In this document: in pieces, positions 33,401 to 43,392 of the stretch
How the letters are laid out: every line of letters begins with the position of its first letter
Numbering within the stretch: the first letter of the stretch is position 1
Source: a virus
Lineage: Duplodnaviria > Caudoviricetes
Virus record (IMG/VR): IMGVR_UViG_3300008110_000439
Span: 1 to 51,557 of that record
Strand: one strand, 5' to 3'
Length of the DNA: 51,557 nt
Position numbers and translations under genes: made by a program
Notes under the pieces: generated by a model
The model's input: the letters and a program-made list of their open reading frames with translations, nothing else
What the model was told of the DNA's origin: nothing
Database searches by the model: none

Positions 33401-33760
33401 TTTAACAACTGGTACCCCGTATTGCACTTGAACGCCGACGGTCTTTTCGTCTTCAATGTCGCTAGTACCAGGGATGTACGCCTGACCTTGCGTACCGTTT
33501 CGCGTGGTAATCGTTACATTTTGAAAGTTGTAGGTGCCGTTGGCGTTTTGCAACGGCGTATTGTCAAGGAAGACGGACTGATAACCGTTCTTGAGGCCCT
33601 GAATTTCGCCTTCACTGATCAGGTCAAGGACTTGGGCGTATTGCTTGGAATTAAGGCTGTCGCCCTCTGTCGTAGGTGTACGTGGTGTTGGCTGCGCTTG
33701 CGCTCCACCGCCACCGCCGCCTTTGCCACCACCGCCACCTGCGCCATAGATGCGTGCCAT
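30422..33760 (-). CDS. tail tip / host specificity protein J (lambda-like)
   Basis: DLISEGEIQG, SDPAWILWDLL, EPRFSCN, CTSRGQA.R.G.W, FN3-like segments. Confidence 0.95.
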   Translation of the reverse strand: MARIYGAGGGGGKGGGGGGAQAQPTPRTPTTEGDSLNSKQYAQVLDLISEGEIQGLKNGYQSVFLDNTPLQNANGTYNFQNVTITTRNGTQGQAYIPGTSDIEDEKTVGVQVQYGVPVVKTISDTSVNAVRITITVPQLQTFTNEGDVLGSQVGLRIYVNYNGGGDTLAVTDTFIGRTADAYQRDYLINLAPVYPLTIKVERDRPDSTDPKVVNAFNWTSYTEIVYGKLKYPNSALVWLRIDAEQFSSIPSRSYLIRGIKVRIPSNATVDPVTGRLIYAGIWNGTLGAAQWCSDPAWILWDLLTSKRYGFGDHIQAVQLDKFAFYAASQYASALVPDGFGGFEPRFSCNINIQTAEEAYKLINDMCSVFRAMPYWSTGALTISQDKPADTAYLFTLANVTEDGFSYQGASRKTRPTVCVVSYLDIDSRDIAYEVVEDAEGIQKYGVVKTEISAFACTSRGQAYRIGEWLLYSERYEGEIISFNASIEAGVLVRPGQIIEVADPVRAGARRGGRISSATTTTITVDDAIGLTVPGADLSVILPNGSVETRSIAGITGNVITVDTAFSVTPNSNSVWIYQTDDIETSTWRVLSVQEQDGTTYAISAIAYNASKYDYIERGTALEERDITNLNEPAGTPRALTFSEILYEETGQVLSKLIISWLAPVNAPVNERGQVNAVEYRVQWRRKDGNWTQGTVTTQEYVIYDTAPGDYEVLVYGLNAGKFPSVVAARLDVSARGKLIEPAGVQNLTLEQISANSARLRWDATTDLDVKVGGRVHIRHTSVVDGTGTWATSQDLIPAVPGYSTEAIVPMVEGEYIVKFEDSSGKQSLAEASVIADLPDPLSALPVIDRREDTTVPPFLGESTNLFYSAAYQALTLGGTALFDTIPDFDLLADLDYYGDTATTGTYVFNDILDLGAKYSLDIRRHLVGGGFYPSDLIDARTELIDTWTNFESAVAGQANSKICVRTTDDDPTGSPTWSNYQEFGNGTFTARAFQFKLDAAMSDPAQAYACYELGYKASFQRRIESSIVAVQSGAGTKSITFDNPYWTGTAVLGGVNTVLPSIGITAQNLQSGDYFNVTNVTKNGFDVTFRNSGGTAVDRLFAWSALGYGKGA

Positions 33761-34368
33761 CAGCCGATCACCTGAACAGTGTCAATGCCAGCCGAAATCA
33801 CAACCGAGCCCACCAGCGTCTCGCCGTAAACAATCGGCACCGGCACGCCCTGGCGGCTGGTCTGCTGGATGCCGGAGAAGCTGTAGGACTTACGCGGGTC
33901 TTGGTTGGTGTCTGACCCAGTGGCTCCAAGCGTTGGGCCGATTTTTGGCACCGGCGTGAGCAGTTGCGCTACGCCGCCGAGTACCAGGGTGGCGCCGATA
34001 CCAGCAAGCACGGTGCTAACGGCAACGGGAGCCGCAAGACCTAATAGGCCAATAGTTGCGCCACCCGTAAAGAAAGCTGCGGCAATTAAGCCCACGCCCG
34101 CAATAATCCGACCTGTGGCACCAGCACCTGCGAGCACGGGTACGATCTTAATTTGCTGCTGGCCTGCTGGGTCGTAAATTTCCTCGAGGCTTAGGTCATA
34201 GCTGCCGACGCTGACCCGGTAGTGCTGGTCGGCCATGTGCTTCTCCAGCTGCGGGAAGTTGGCCAGCAGGAACCGCATTGCCTCGGCAGCACTGGCGACA
34301 TCTGCCTCAAATACACGCCGGCTGAGGAACTTGGCGAGTCGGCCGTAAACGCGGATCTTACGCAACAT
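33760..34368 (-). CDS. tail assembly protein I (lambda-like)
   Basis: IRVYG.L, SYSFSG...QGVPVPIVYG...VGS..IS. Confidence 0.9.
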   Translation of the reverse strand: MLRKIRVYGRLAKFLSRRVFEADVASAAEAMRFLLANFPQLEKHMADQHYRVSVGSYDLSLEEIYDPAGQQQIKIVPVLAGAGATGRIIAGVGLIAAAFFTGGATIGLLGLAAPVAVSTVLAGIGATLVLGGVAQLLTPVPKIGPTLGATGSDTNQDPRKSYSFSGIQQTSRQGVPVPIVYGETLVGSVVISAGIDTVQVIG

Positions 34369-34376
34369 GGCCCAGC

Positions 34377-35102
34377 TCAGCCTCTATCTATGGTAACGAG
34401 GTCGGGATGGCGCAGTCTACGACCTGTGCATTTTTGTAGCCAGCCCCCACCACCATAAAGATCGCGGCTACTTAGGCGTCCGCGAATGTGATGTAGTACC
34501 AGGCAGTCGCCGATGTAGACGCCGCAGTGGTTTAAGCCCTTGCCACTGATGTTCATAAGTAAAAAGTCGCCTTTCTGTAACTCTTCCTCGTCTTCCAGTT
34601 CGCGAAAGCCTGTCGTGGCCCAGCAGTCGTCAAACATTGGCGCGGTCTCGAATTGCTCTGGCGTTAAGGGGCGCTCCCAATCTGGGAGGTTTAAGCCGTG
34701 CTCTGCGTACCAGTCACGCGCCAGTGTCCAACAGTCGCTAATTCCCCATGTCCACTGCCGACCAATCAAGGGGGCTTTATAGCCCGAGGGTTTGCAGGTG
34801 CCCCACGCTTCGGTTTTTGGGTTGACGATGTGCCATGGCAAGCCGCTTACTTCGCAACCCATGAGATCCGGCTGGCTTGGTACTGGTGGTGTCATCGGAT
34901 GCGAATGCACCACCGCAATGATCTCGCCGGTGTCCTCTGCCGCTGCATAGTCGTCCGGGTCAAGGATGAACTGATCCGTGCCAGTGCAGAGATTTCGACA
35001 TGGCCAGTAACGCTCACGGCCTTTGATAACCAGTAACAAACCGCAGGCTTCGCGTGGATCCTCGGCCTTGGCGTGGTCCAGTGCTGCGATGCGCCAGGTC
35101 AT
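34377..35102 (-). CDS. tail assembly protein K (JAB plus NlpC/P60)
   Basis: PREACG, HSHP...S..D, DCWTL.RDWY, NHCGVY...LHH. Confidence 0.95.
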   Translation of the reverse strand: MTWRIAALDHAKAEDPREACGLLLVIKGRERYWPCRNLCTGTDQFILDPDDYAAAEDTGEIIAVVHSHPMTPPVPSQPDLMGCEVSGLPWHIVNPKTEAWGTCKPSGYKAPLIGRQWTWGISDCWTLARDWYAEHGLNLPDWERPLTPEQFETAPMFDDCWATTGFRELEDEEELQKGDFLLMNISGKGLNHCGVYIGDCLVLHHIRGRLSSRDLYGGGGWLQKCTGRRLRHPDLVTIDRG

Positions 35103-35776
35103 GCGAAGTAAACGCCAATACCCGGGTAGGACCCGAATGGCAATTCAGATGTCGCACCAAAATGGGCCTTGCAGTCGGTCAGTGTTTTTAGGCAGGTAGG
35201 TAGTGGACCGCTGTAGCTGCACTCGGTTGATTTGTACACCCACTGGCAAATGTTGGCAATGCACTGCCGCTTAGGTGCGCTGACACCAGCAAGGTCAAAT
35301 GCGGCGGCAAGTTCAAACTCAACTACGGCGCGATTTTCGACTGTCTTGCGATCAACGTAATAAACTTCTCGTGGAAATTCGGCGGTAGGATCCGGGCTGT
35401 AGGGGCTCACCCCACCAGGGAAATTAGCCGCATCGATATATCGGGCTAGAGTGCGAATGCGTGTAAACTTAGCGCCCTCTAGACCATCAGGCAGTCCCAA
35501 GAGCAGTGCAGTAATTGTGTTAAGGATGTTGCTCACTCGGACCTTGGGACGCGGTAATTGCCCATTTCCGCTGTACTCAAAACCATCGGCTTCGAGAGGC
35601 AAACGTTCGTAGCTATTACCGTTCCACACCACCTCGCCATTGTTGTTGAGGCTTGTACCGGCGTGGAAACGGCGTGTTTCGCTGATCCCATGTTGTGCCA
35701 AGTTCAGCTCTAGTTCGAACAGCTCTATGAGAGCACCTGGCGCTACTTCTTGTAGGGCTGAAACGGGGACAGTCAT
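35099..35776 (-). CDS. minor tail protein L
   Basis: PRPK..VSN, C.W.YKS.EC.Y, C.K...DCK.HF..LPFG.YPG. Confidence 0.95.
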   Translation of the reverse strand: MTVPVSALQEVAPGALIELFELELNLAQHGISETRRFHAGTSLNNNGEVVWNGNSYERLPLEADGFEYSGNGQLPRPKVRVSNILNTITALLLGLPDGLEGAKFTRIRTLARYIDAANFPGGVSPYSPDPTAEFPREVYYVDRKTVENRAVVEFELAAAFDLAGVSAPKRQCIANICQWVYKSTECSYSGPLPTCLKTLTDCKAHFGATSELPFGSYPGIGVYFA

Positions 35777-36474
35777 GGTTCAAACACTCTCTTAAAACTA
35801 GCCTGAACATCATTATTATTATGATTATTAAATGTGGTCGTCCAATCAGTGCAGATGTATTTACCCAATACGCCGGTCAAAGGGTCAGTCCACGCAAATG
35901 CTGTCTGCCCACGTGCTTGCCTAAGGAAAGTTCTGATCTCGTCGCGTTCTGTGTTTGTACGGTTGCGTAATTGCAGATTCCAAGATTCAGCTTGAGCATT
36001 TAATCCAAACTTTAGTCGTTTAGTATAACCTTCCCCGTATTTAAATGTATTAGTGTTTGCTTGGTATTTATGATCTGCAGTGAAATCAGGTATCCAGGTA
36101 AACGTGGTTGCAGTACCAGCAGGAATGGCTGCATTAGTTGCAGAGGGCTCGTAACGAAGCTCGAAGGTAGCGGTGACGGTCCTGTAATCGCAGGACTCAA
36201 GACGTACATCCCATTCATTACAGATAAACTGGGCAGTCTCACTAAAAGGTGTTAGCCACTCAAATGTTTCTAGACCGTCACGCGCTTTGAGGAATGTGAC
36301 TATACCTGCAATGTCCGATATACTGCGATTGCTAAACGTTAAATTCCAGGTGTCGCGAAAAGGATTTATTCCAAATGTTGTTCGCTCTTCATAAGTACCG
36401 AGGCGTACTTGATCTAGTCGAGGCTGAGATACCTCGCTTGCTGGACGATCTGGTGTATAGGTAAAGGTTGTCAT
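35773..36474 (-). CDS. minor tail protein M with two tandem domains
   Basis: Two copies of TF.(W/Y).P...FG.N....WNL...NR...FL..R.G...F.W..P....(F/Y)IC..W.......A.F....EP. Confidence 0.85.
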   Translation of the reverse strand: MTTFTYTPDRPASEVSQPRLDQVRLGTYEERTTFGINPFRDTWNLTFSNRSISDIAGIVTFLKARDGLETFEWLTPFSETAQFICNEWDVRLESCDYRTVTATFELRYEPSATNAAIPAGTATTFTWIPDFTADHKYQANTNTFKYGEGYTKRLKFGLNAQAESWNLQLRNRTNTERDEIRTFLRQARGQTAFAWTDPLTGVLGKYICTDWTTTFNNHNNNDVQASFKRVFEP

Positions 36475-39400
36475 CAGGCCAACAGGCCTCCGGGCCGTTT
36501 TTGCTTAATCAGCTCAACCTGTACGGCTGCTGCAATTACCATACCCAACTGTTGACTGCGAGTATCATCACCTTGAGCTTGCGTGCCCTGCGCGTCTACA
36601 TTCACGGTCACATTGGTGGTATTACCACCCCCAGCTACACCAAGCTTACCATCAGCACCACGCCTTAAGGGAATGATGGCTTCGGGGCCGGCTTCGCCCA
36701 TAAGCCCCGTGCCAGGGACGCCGCCGTTGGCGAATTTGAATAGTGTCGGCTTGTTGACGATGCCGCCCATGGCGAAGGGGACGATGCCGTTGGCTGCGTA
36801 GGCGTTGCCTAGGGCGTTCATTTTGAGCTTGGAGAAGAAACCGCCTCCCTGGGATGCCCAATCGGTAGTGCCAGCGATTGAAGCACCTCCGCTTAGTGCG
36901 CCCGCACCAGTCAAACCAGATAGACCTGGCACGGCCGCGCTGGAGCCAAACTTAGGCCCGCTGGGGAATAGTTGAAGGATTGAATTAAGGATCGCCATTT
37001 CAATCCACTTAGCGATTATTCTCCCAGCCATCTCTAGGAAGTAATTAGCAATGTTGCTAAAGAAGGAGCCAAGGGCTTGTTGTGCGGAAGCTGTGCCGTT
37101 GATGACACTGGTGAACGACGAAGAGAATGTACTACCGATAGCTTCTGCTGCGGTGAGGATTTGGCCAAGCGGGTTAATGAGTGCTTGAAGCTCTTTGCCC
37201 AGCTCCTTTATGCGCTCGATTCCCCGCTGATCAGTAAGGCTCTTGAAGGATTCTTCTTCACCGGTGAACGCACCAGGGAATACGCCGCCTACTACGCCGC
37301 TAGTCAGCAAACCACCAGGCCCGCCAGCTGTAGGAGCAAAAGCCTGGGTAAGCGCATCCTTGATTTGTGTAGCTAAGGTTGCCTGCTTTTCTAGTTGTGC
37401 TGTTGTTTCTTTTGTGCTGTCGTAGTTGATTTGTTTTAGTTCTGCGTTGACAGTGTCTAGGCGATTCTGTACAGCCTGGGCGTCGAGACCTTTGGCGCGA
37501 GCTTCGGCGAGTTTTTGCTGCAGGGAGGCTTTCTCCGACAGTAAAACTTCTTCCGTGATATCTAGGGCAGCTGCTTTCTGCTTAAGTTTTAGATCTTCAG
37601 CCAGAAGTAGGTTATTCTGCTTATAGGCTTTTTGTATCTTTGCTTCGTAATCTAGGAGCGTCTCATACAGCGTGTCCTTAGCTACGGCATTGAACTGCCT
37701 ACCTAGTTGCGTGATTGTGCCATCAAAATCGCTCTGCAGCTTGCGCATAAGCGATTCCTGAGCCTTAGCGGCTTTGTCCGCAGACTTGTCTGGTGGAGAA
37801 GGGAAATTAGTAGAAAGGTCTTTAAAGTCGAGCTTTACATTACCTAGGCCACCAGAGATACCACTTTCAATATCTTTGACTATCTTTTTAATAATTTCAC
37901 CAATGCCTACAACAGCGCCAATACCGGCAGCGCCACCTAATACGGCGCCCACAACACGACCCTTTGTTGCACCAGCACTTAGGCCGGCGATGAGGGTTTG
38001 TGCGGCGAGTCGAGCGCTCTCAATAACAAGTAGCGCCTTCTCAATGGAAAGCATTGTGCGGAGTACAACTAAGACACCTTTAATAGCAGTAGTGAATGTG
38101 GCTATATTATTAGCGACAAATACACCAGCAGAAACGCCACCAAAGACAATAAGTACCTTGGTTACATTTACAATAAGATCACGTAATTGTCCAAGCAGTC
38201 CAAAACCGGACGCAATAATTTTGTACATATTTAGTATTCCTGCTGCCACGCCATTTACAGCGGCGGTAAGAGCAGGTGTGATATTTGTGATGAAATTAGC
38301 GAATGCATTTTGGAATTCAGCGCCTAAGGGTTGCAGGGCTTTACCAACACTTAGTCGCATGCCATCGAAGGCAACGCGCAGACGAGCGCCAGCGTCTTCC
38401 GAAGACTTAGCAATGTCTCTTGCAGTGCCTGAGTAGCGATCACGCAGAATTGCAAGGAACTTCATGAGGTCGTTAAGACCGACCTGACCTTGCTCTAGGG
38501 CTTTCTGTAGTTCGGGGCCTGTTTTGCCGGCGGCTTGCGCAAATAGGGTGAACGTGCCAGGCAAGCGTTCAGCAATTTGGTTGAGTTCCTCGGCACTTAC
38601 TTTGCCTTTGGAGAAGACCTGTGTGAGGGCAAGAACGGCGCCGTCGGCCTGCTGAGCGTTGCCTCCAGTAGCTTTTACAGCTTCGTTGATGGCGCGGAAT
38701 GCAAAGCTGGAATCCATAACGGTCCCGCCTGCACCTTTTACCGCAGCGGTAAGGCGTGTGAGCCCGCCGATGGCTTCTTCCTGGGGAATGTTGAGCTCAC
38801 GTGTTGCGCCTGCTGCGACTCGTAGAGCGGTTTCGTAGTCTTGTTGACTTCCAACGATGCCGCGCAGGGCGATTTGAAGTTTGCCGATTTGTGCGGCGTA
38901 ATTTGCGGTGCCTGCGATTTGTTGGCGGAACATACCCACCTGAGCACCAACGGCTGCACCAGCAAAGGCACCGCCGACCGTACCAAGGCCAGGAATAGCG
39001 GAGCCGATAGCCGCACCACCGATACCGCCTAAGAAGCCTTCCGGGCCACCGAAGATGCCGCCGGAGATGGCTGCGCCGGCTGCTTGGATGGCTTGGCCTG
39101 CTGTAAGTCGGCCACGGCGTTTGCGGTCACGCGCCTCGAGCTGACGATCGAATGCAGTTAGCTCATCGCGGAAGGCCTTGTCGCGAATCTGTCCCTCTAA
39201 GTCAAGGCCTTGGAGCAGTTTGTCTGTATAGATATTGTCATACTTAGTTTGTATCTCGGCACGTTGAACTTTAGAGTTTTCGTAGATGCGGTTTACGTCG
39301 TCTAGAGCGCTTTTGATGCTTTCCTGAGCACGGCGGCCGGCTTCAGGGAACGCCTGAGGACCGATGGGCTGAGCGTAGGCAGCTTCGTCTACGCGGATAC

Positions 39401-40568
39401 GGTCAGGTGTACGCGCTCCACGGGCGATCATTGCCCCTGTTGCGGGATCGCGGTAACCGCCTACGCCAGGAGCTAAGGGGCCTTGAGTGCTGTAATACTC
39501 CTGGATGCCTGCTACCTTCTGGCCGCGGCGTTCAGTAGCGGACTGGGCACGGGCAAGACGTTCAAAAGCCTCGGCCGTACCAGTCAGCTCGCGTCTTAGT
39601 TCGCGTTGAACGTCAGCGATACGATTAGATACATTGACATAATCCGTGCTGCCTCGCACAGTATTAGCTAGGCGTTCGCTTAACTCGCTTAGCTCTTGAC
39701 TTAAGGCAGCGGTGGTATTAGGTAATTCACCGAAGCGACGATCTATCCCTTCGGGACTTAGTAAACTAGGATCAGCGAAAGCGGCCGCACCAGCACGGAC
39801 AGTTTCGCGGCCTGCCCGAATGGATTCTTGATAAGTGAGCTGGCGCTGCTGAGCTAGAGCGCGGTTTAGGCGATCTTGTGCATTGGCACGTGTCTCAACA
39901 TTGCTGGTTAAGCGCCGTTCGCGTTGTGACAGCGTGTCGATAGTGTCAATCGCTTGGCGCTGCTCCGCGATAAGTGACTGCAGGTCTTGGAGTTGTCGTC
40001 TCGCACCAGCAGAGGTGGAGGCCAAGGCCTGCCCTAAAACACGCCCAAAGGCACGGCTGGTCTGTACCGTCTGCGCTTCAGCTTGCTGAAGGCGGCCAGT
40101 AAGCTCTGCGATATCCTGACCTAAGGCAGTAAATGTGTTGCCGGTAAGGGACGCTTCTGTGCGAAGTTTACCTAAGTCAGTGATGTAACTTCTTAGGGAA
40201 GCTTGTGACTGATTAGTGCCTGAAGATATAGCTAAGATTCCTTGTCTTAGTGTTTCTAATTCGCTGTCTGTACGGCGGGAGGCTTGGCGGAATTGCTCGA
40301 TGTCTGCGGCGAGCTGGGCCCAGGTTGAGGAGCCGCGTTCCACCTGAGATTGCAGACCGCGCAGTGCGTCGATCTGACCCTTAATTACTTGTTCGGTATT
40401 ACGGCTGTCGCGGCCGTAATCGATGATGCTCTGCCTGGCCCGCTCGATTGCAGCATTATTAGGGCCGATGGACTTTTCAAGCTCGCGAAAAGCACCCTTC
40501 AGCTTGTCAAGGCCCTCAACACCTTGAAGGCCAAGCTTGATTAGGATCTCGCTTACCTGCTTAGCCAT
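36474..40568 (-). CDS. tape measure protein
   Basis: 1364 aa; SKGKVSAEELNQIAERLPG tape domain; FAMGG...GEAGPEAIIPL C-terminus. Confidence 0.95.
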   Translation of the reverse strand: MAKQVSEILIKLGLQGVEGLDKLKGAFRELEKSIGPNNAAIERARQSIIDYGRDSRNTEQVIKGQIDALRGLQSQVERGSSTWAQLAADIEQFRQASRRTDSELETLRQGILAISSGTNQSQASLRSYITDLGKLRTEASLTGNTFTALGQDIAELTGRLQQAEAQTVQTSRAFGRVLGQALASTSAGARRQLQDLQSLIAEQRQAIDTIDTLSQRERRLTSNVETRANAQDRLNRALAQQRQLTYQESIRAGRETVRAGAAAFADPSLLSPEGIDRRFGELPNTTAALSQELSELSERLANTVRGSTDYVNVSNRIADVQRELRRELTGTAEAFERLARAQSATERRGQKVAGIQEYYSTQGPLAPGVGGYRDPATGAMIARGARTPDRIRVDEAAYAQPIGPQAFPEAGRRAQESIKSALDDVNRIYENSKVQRAEIQTKYDNIYTDKLLQGLDLEGQIRDKAFRDELTAFDRQLEARDRKRRGRLTAGQAIQAAGAAISGGIFGGPEGFLGGIGGAAIGSAIPGLGTVGGAFAGAAVGAQVGMFRQQIAGTANYAAQIGKLQIALRGIVGSQQDYETALRVAAGATRELNIPQEEAIGGLTRLTAAVKGAGGTVMDSSFAFRAINEAVKATGGNAQQADGAVLALTQVFSKGKVSAEELNQIAERLPGTFTLFAQAAGKTGPELQKALEQGQVGLNDLMKFLAILRDRYSGTARDIAKSSEDAGARLRVAFDGMRLSVGKALQPLGAEFQNAFANFITNITPALTAAVNGVAAGILNMYKIIASGFGLLGQLRDLIVNVTKVLIVFGGVSAGVFVANNIATFTTAIKGVLVVLRTMLSIEKALLVIESARLAAQTLIAGLSAGATKGRVVGAVLGGAAGIGAVVGIGEIIKKIVKDIESGISGGLGNVKLDFKDLSTNFPSPPDKSADKAAKAQESLMRKLQSDFDGTITQLGRQFNAVAKDTLYETLLDYEAKIQKAYKQNNLLLAEDLKLKQKAAALDITEEVLLSEKASLQQKLAEARAKGLDAQAVQNRLDTVNAELKQINYDSTKETTAQLEKQATLATQIKDALTQAFAPTAGGPGGLLTSGVVGGVFPGAFTGEEESFKSLTDQRGIERIKELGKELQALINPLGQILTAAEAIGSTFSSSFTSVINGTASAQQALGSFFSNIANYFLEMAGRIIAKWIEMAILNSILQLFPSGPKFGSSAAVPGLSGLTGAGALSGGASIAGTTDWASQGGGFFSKLKMNALGNAYAANGIVPFAMGGIVNKPTLFKFANGGVPGTGLMGEAGPEAIIPLRRGADGKLGVAGGGNTTNVTVNVDAQGTQAQGDDTRSQQLGMVIAAAVQVELIKQKRPGGLLA

Positions 40569-40916
40569 CGGCCTCCTTGGCCAACTCGCTCAGTGCTGCG
40601 GTCTCCATGATTTGGAGATCCTCAAGCATTTCGCGTGGATTAGCCACATTGTAGAGGGCGAATAAGCCTCCAGGACCGAGCAGGATCTCGTACTTCAGAC
40701 CCATGTAGCCGGCCATAGTGGTAGACCACTGAGTCTGCATACGCAGGAACATCATGACGGTGTCCCAGTTTTCCTCCCACACCTCATAGGTGCTGCCGTC
40801 ATCCTCTGGCTCGATGGATGGAGGCGGAAGACTTAAGCCAAACGCCTTAGCGTCGTCGTTGGTTTTGTCCTCCACCCGCTTACCACCACCGGTCCAGTGG
40901 ATAGCGGCGCCTTTTA
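40561..40916 (-). CDS. tail assembly chaperone GT part (DUF1799-like), reached by -1 frameshift
   Basis: VWEENW....FLRMQTQW...GL.Y...LQIME; reading frame open back to the slippery site. Confidence 0.8.
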
Positions 40917-41240
40917 GTTTCCCTGCTTAGCGCCGTCGAAGGTTTCGGTATAGGCGCGGAGCACACCACGAATCCAGTACGGATCGTCGCTGAGTTCCTT
41001 GGCAGCTTCGATGGAATAGGGCACAGCTTTGCCGGATTCGTCATCGATGCCGTCCCAGCCCACTAGGACTGCTTTGAGCAGCTCAAACTCGCCTTTGTCG
41101 CTGAGCTTGGCGAATTCGTTGCGGCCCACGCGCTTAAAGGTAGCGTCGAAGGTCGAGCTGTCGAACGTGCCGCCGTCTGTGGGCTCTTCAACCGTTACAG
41201 GCCATTTGAAGGTTTTGACCTTCTTACGGACGAACGCCAT
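40914..41240 (-). CDS. tail assembly chaperone G
   Basis: Between tail tube and tape measure; VGWDGI.D; ends G-GGA-AAC-TAA. Confidence 0.85.
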   Translation of the reverse strand: MAFVRKKVKTFKWPVTVEEPTDGGTFDSSTFDATFKRVGRNEFAKLSDKGEFELLKAVLVGWDGIDDESGKAVPYSIEAAKELSDDPYWIRGVLRAYTETFDGAKQGN

Positions 41241-41282
41241 AAGTTGTGTGGGTGATAACTCCTCTAGCTTAGCTGCTAAGTG

Positions 41283-41314
41283 AAAAAGCCACTAAGCGGT
41301 GAAGCTTAGTGGCT
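41283..41314 (-). terminator. Rho-independent terminator after the tail tube gene
   Basis: AGCCACTAAGC-N6-GCTTAGTGGCT hairpin with an A-run on the plus side. Confidence 0.7.
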
Positions 41315-41350
41315 AAGTGGCGTGGGGTCTAAGTGGCGTTTAAGCGCGGC

Positions 41351-42286
41351 TTAGGTGTAGACGATGCTGAATTCGTCGTTGCCAGCAGTCGAGGGAACTG
41401 CGGTGTAGGGGATGGTCAGCATGGCGATACCGTCTTGGTCGCCATAGCTCACGTCGCCGATGTCGATCTTCGTGGAGGCGAAATCGACAATGTTGCCGGG
41501 AGTTTGACCGTGCTGGAAGAGCAGGTTGCCCAGGCTGGAATCAGTGAGGGCGGCCGTGAAGTAGTTCTTCGTGGCCATGTTCACGGCTTCCAGGGTGACG
41601 GAACCGGTAGAGCGGCGGTCGGTAAGCAGGGTCTGCTTGGCACAGCCCACCAGCTCGCGGTACACCAAGGTGTTGCCGATGTCGAAAGACACCGACTGCA
41701 GGCAGCCGGCGTAAGACAGAAGTTGGAAGTCTGTGGTGTTGCCGGCCTTGAAGATGACCGGTGTGGCCTGGTTGGCGTAGGTAGGTGTGGGAGCTGCAGT
41801 ATCCGTGGGGGTGTTGTAGATACCGGTGAAGGTGAAGTCGATCGTGGGGATCTGACCAACAGTGCCATTCAGTGTGAAGGTGCCACGGGCACCGGTCACT
41901 TTGTGCAGCACGCCATCGATGTTGTAGTAGATGGTGACGCTGGAGAAGCTGGCGCTAACCGGCGCGTAGGTCACGCTAGTGGTGGATACCACTGTTTCAC
42001 TCAGGCCACATGCCTTGAGTGCTTTGCCGTAGGCAGGAGCAGTGCCGGCGGTGCCAGAACCAGCAAGCTCAACGCTGAAGGTGCATTCAACGCGGGTGTT
42101 AGCCAGTAGCTGTTCCGAGGCGCCGAGATAGGGACGGACAAGATCGCGGCTCACCACATCGCTCTGCAGCGGAGTGATGTTGAGATCGCGTACCAGCACG
42201 GCGTCGGCGCCGTCGGGAAGTGGATCAGTGCCGTAGGTGGCTTCTGTCTCAATGAGGATGAGACGCTTACGCAGAAGAAGGGGCAT
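41351..42286 (-). CDS. major tail tube protein
   Basis: E.TYGTDP, VELAGSGTAGTAP..G..LKACG, H..TGARG, GNDE. Confidence 0.85.
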   Translation of the reverse strand: MPLLLRKRLILIETEATYGTDPLPDGADAVLVRDLNITPLQSDVVSRDLVRPYLGASEQLLANTRVECTFSVELAGSGTAGTAPAYGKALKACGLSETVVSTTSVTYAPVSASFSSVTIYYNIDGVLHKVTGARGTFTLNGTVGQIPTIDFTFTGIYNTPTDTAAPTPTYANQATPVIFKAGNTTDFQLLSYAGCLQSVSFDIGNTLVYRELVGCAKQTLLTDRRSTGSVTLEAVNMATKNYFTAALTDSSLGNLLFQHGQTPGNIVDFASTKIDIGDVSYGDQDGIAMLTIPYTAVPSTAGNDEFSIVYT

Positions 42287-42322
42287 TGGAGTTACCTCTC
42301 GGGGTAAGTGGGAAACATCCGC

Positions 42323-42514
42323 TTACGCGGAAATGCGGGTGCGAATGCCTGTTTCAGGGTCGAGGAGGTAAGTACCACCGTGCCCATGGAACTCATCGAC
42401 AACGCTAGGCGAAGGGGGTTGCGAGGCCTCGACGGCGGCTTCGCTAAGTGGCGCTACAGATTGTTCATCCACCACCTCAGTAATTTGCTCGGTGGAATCA
42501 GAAGTCTTAGCCAT
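42323..42514 (-). CDS. small conserved phage protein
   Basis: HG.GG.YLLDPETG.R. Confidence 0.65.
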   Translation of the reverse strand: MAKTSDSTEQITEVVDEQSVAPLSEAAVEASQPPSPSVVDEFHGHGGTYLLDPETGIRTRISA

Positions 42515-42585
42515 AAGTTGCTTAGCGGACAGTCTCAGGCTAAGTCGTGGTGCTGCTTAGGCGTACCAGGACACAGTGGCGCTAC

Positions 42586-43005
42586 TTAGGTGAGGCTGCT
42601 TACGGCCGTGCGGTAGCGCACGTCGAATTCGCAGAAAATTACGCCAGCGGGTTGGTCAGCTTCGAGGAGGTTGAACGTGACTTGGGTGGGTTGGATGTCG
42701 ATTGCAAGGCCGCCCAGGGTTAGGTCGGCCATGAGCTTGCTATGGAGACTTTCGATAGTGGGGTCGGCCAGCTGATCAGGGATGTTGCCTCGGACGATGA
42801 CGACGATGCGGACGCGAAGAGTCCAGTCGAGGGTGGGGAGGCTGGTGTTCTGCTCGGCAGTGTCGCTGACGGGCTCGACGATAATGGCGGGCGATTCTGC
42901 CCTGGCCATAGGCTCTACACGGCTGCGGTAGATGCGCGTGCTAACGCCGACCGTACCAGTCAAGGTGGTGCGGATCGCAGCAAGGATCTGCTCACGTCTG
43001 GACAT
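42586..43005 (-). CDS. tail terminator / tail completion protein
   Basis: RREQIL...RIYRSR...AD.TLGGLA; position before the tail tube gene. Confidence 0.75.
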   Translation of the reverse strand: MSRREQILAAIRTTLTGTVGVSTRIYRSRVEPMARAESPAIIVEPVSDTAEQNTSLPTLDWTLRVRIVVIVRGNIPDQLADPTIESLHSKLMADLTLGGLAIDIQPTQVTFNLLEADQPAGVIFCEFDVRYRTAVSSLT

Positions 43006-43046
43006 AGGTTTGCTGCGAGTGCTTTAGCCCAGCGTAAGTCGCTGGG

Positions 43047-43367
43047 TCAATTACACGCCATGCTTACGGTGAGAGTGCGGCCCGCTAGTTGAGTAGTAGT
43101 TACGACGCGAACGTAACGAACGACGTACCCGGTGTAGAAGTCGCCATGCGTACCAGCGGCTTTTGTCTTGGCCGTGTCCAGTGATGCCCAGGTGGTGCCG
43201 TTGTGAGAACCCTGGATCTCCCACGTAATGTCGCCGCCAGTTACGGTACAGATAAAGGACAAATTACTACCACGTACTTCTACGGTTTCTGACGTACCTA
43301 CCGCCGTAAGCGTGGTAAAAGTATAAATGTTGCTGCTGATGTCAGCACTTTGCCCATAAATAGTCAT
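43047..43367 (-). CDS. beta-rich hypothetical structural protein
   Basis: IQGSHNGTTW...RYVRV. Confidence 0.65.
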   Translation of the reverse strand: MTIYGQSADISSNIYTFTTLTAVGTSETVEVRGSNLSFICTVTGGDITWEIQGSHNGTTWASLDTAKTKAAGTHGDFYTGYVVRYVRVVTTTQLAGRTLTVSMACN

Positions 43368-43392
43368 GACCTATTCCGCTGTTTAACGCAGT

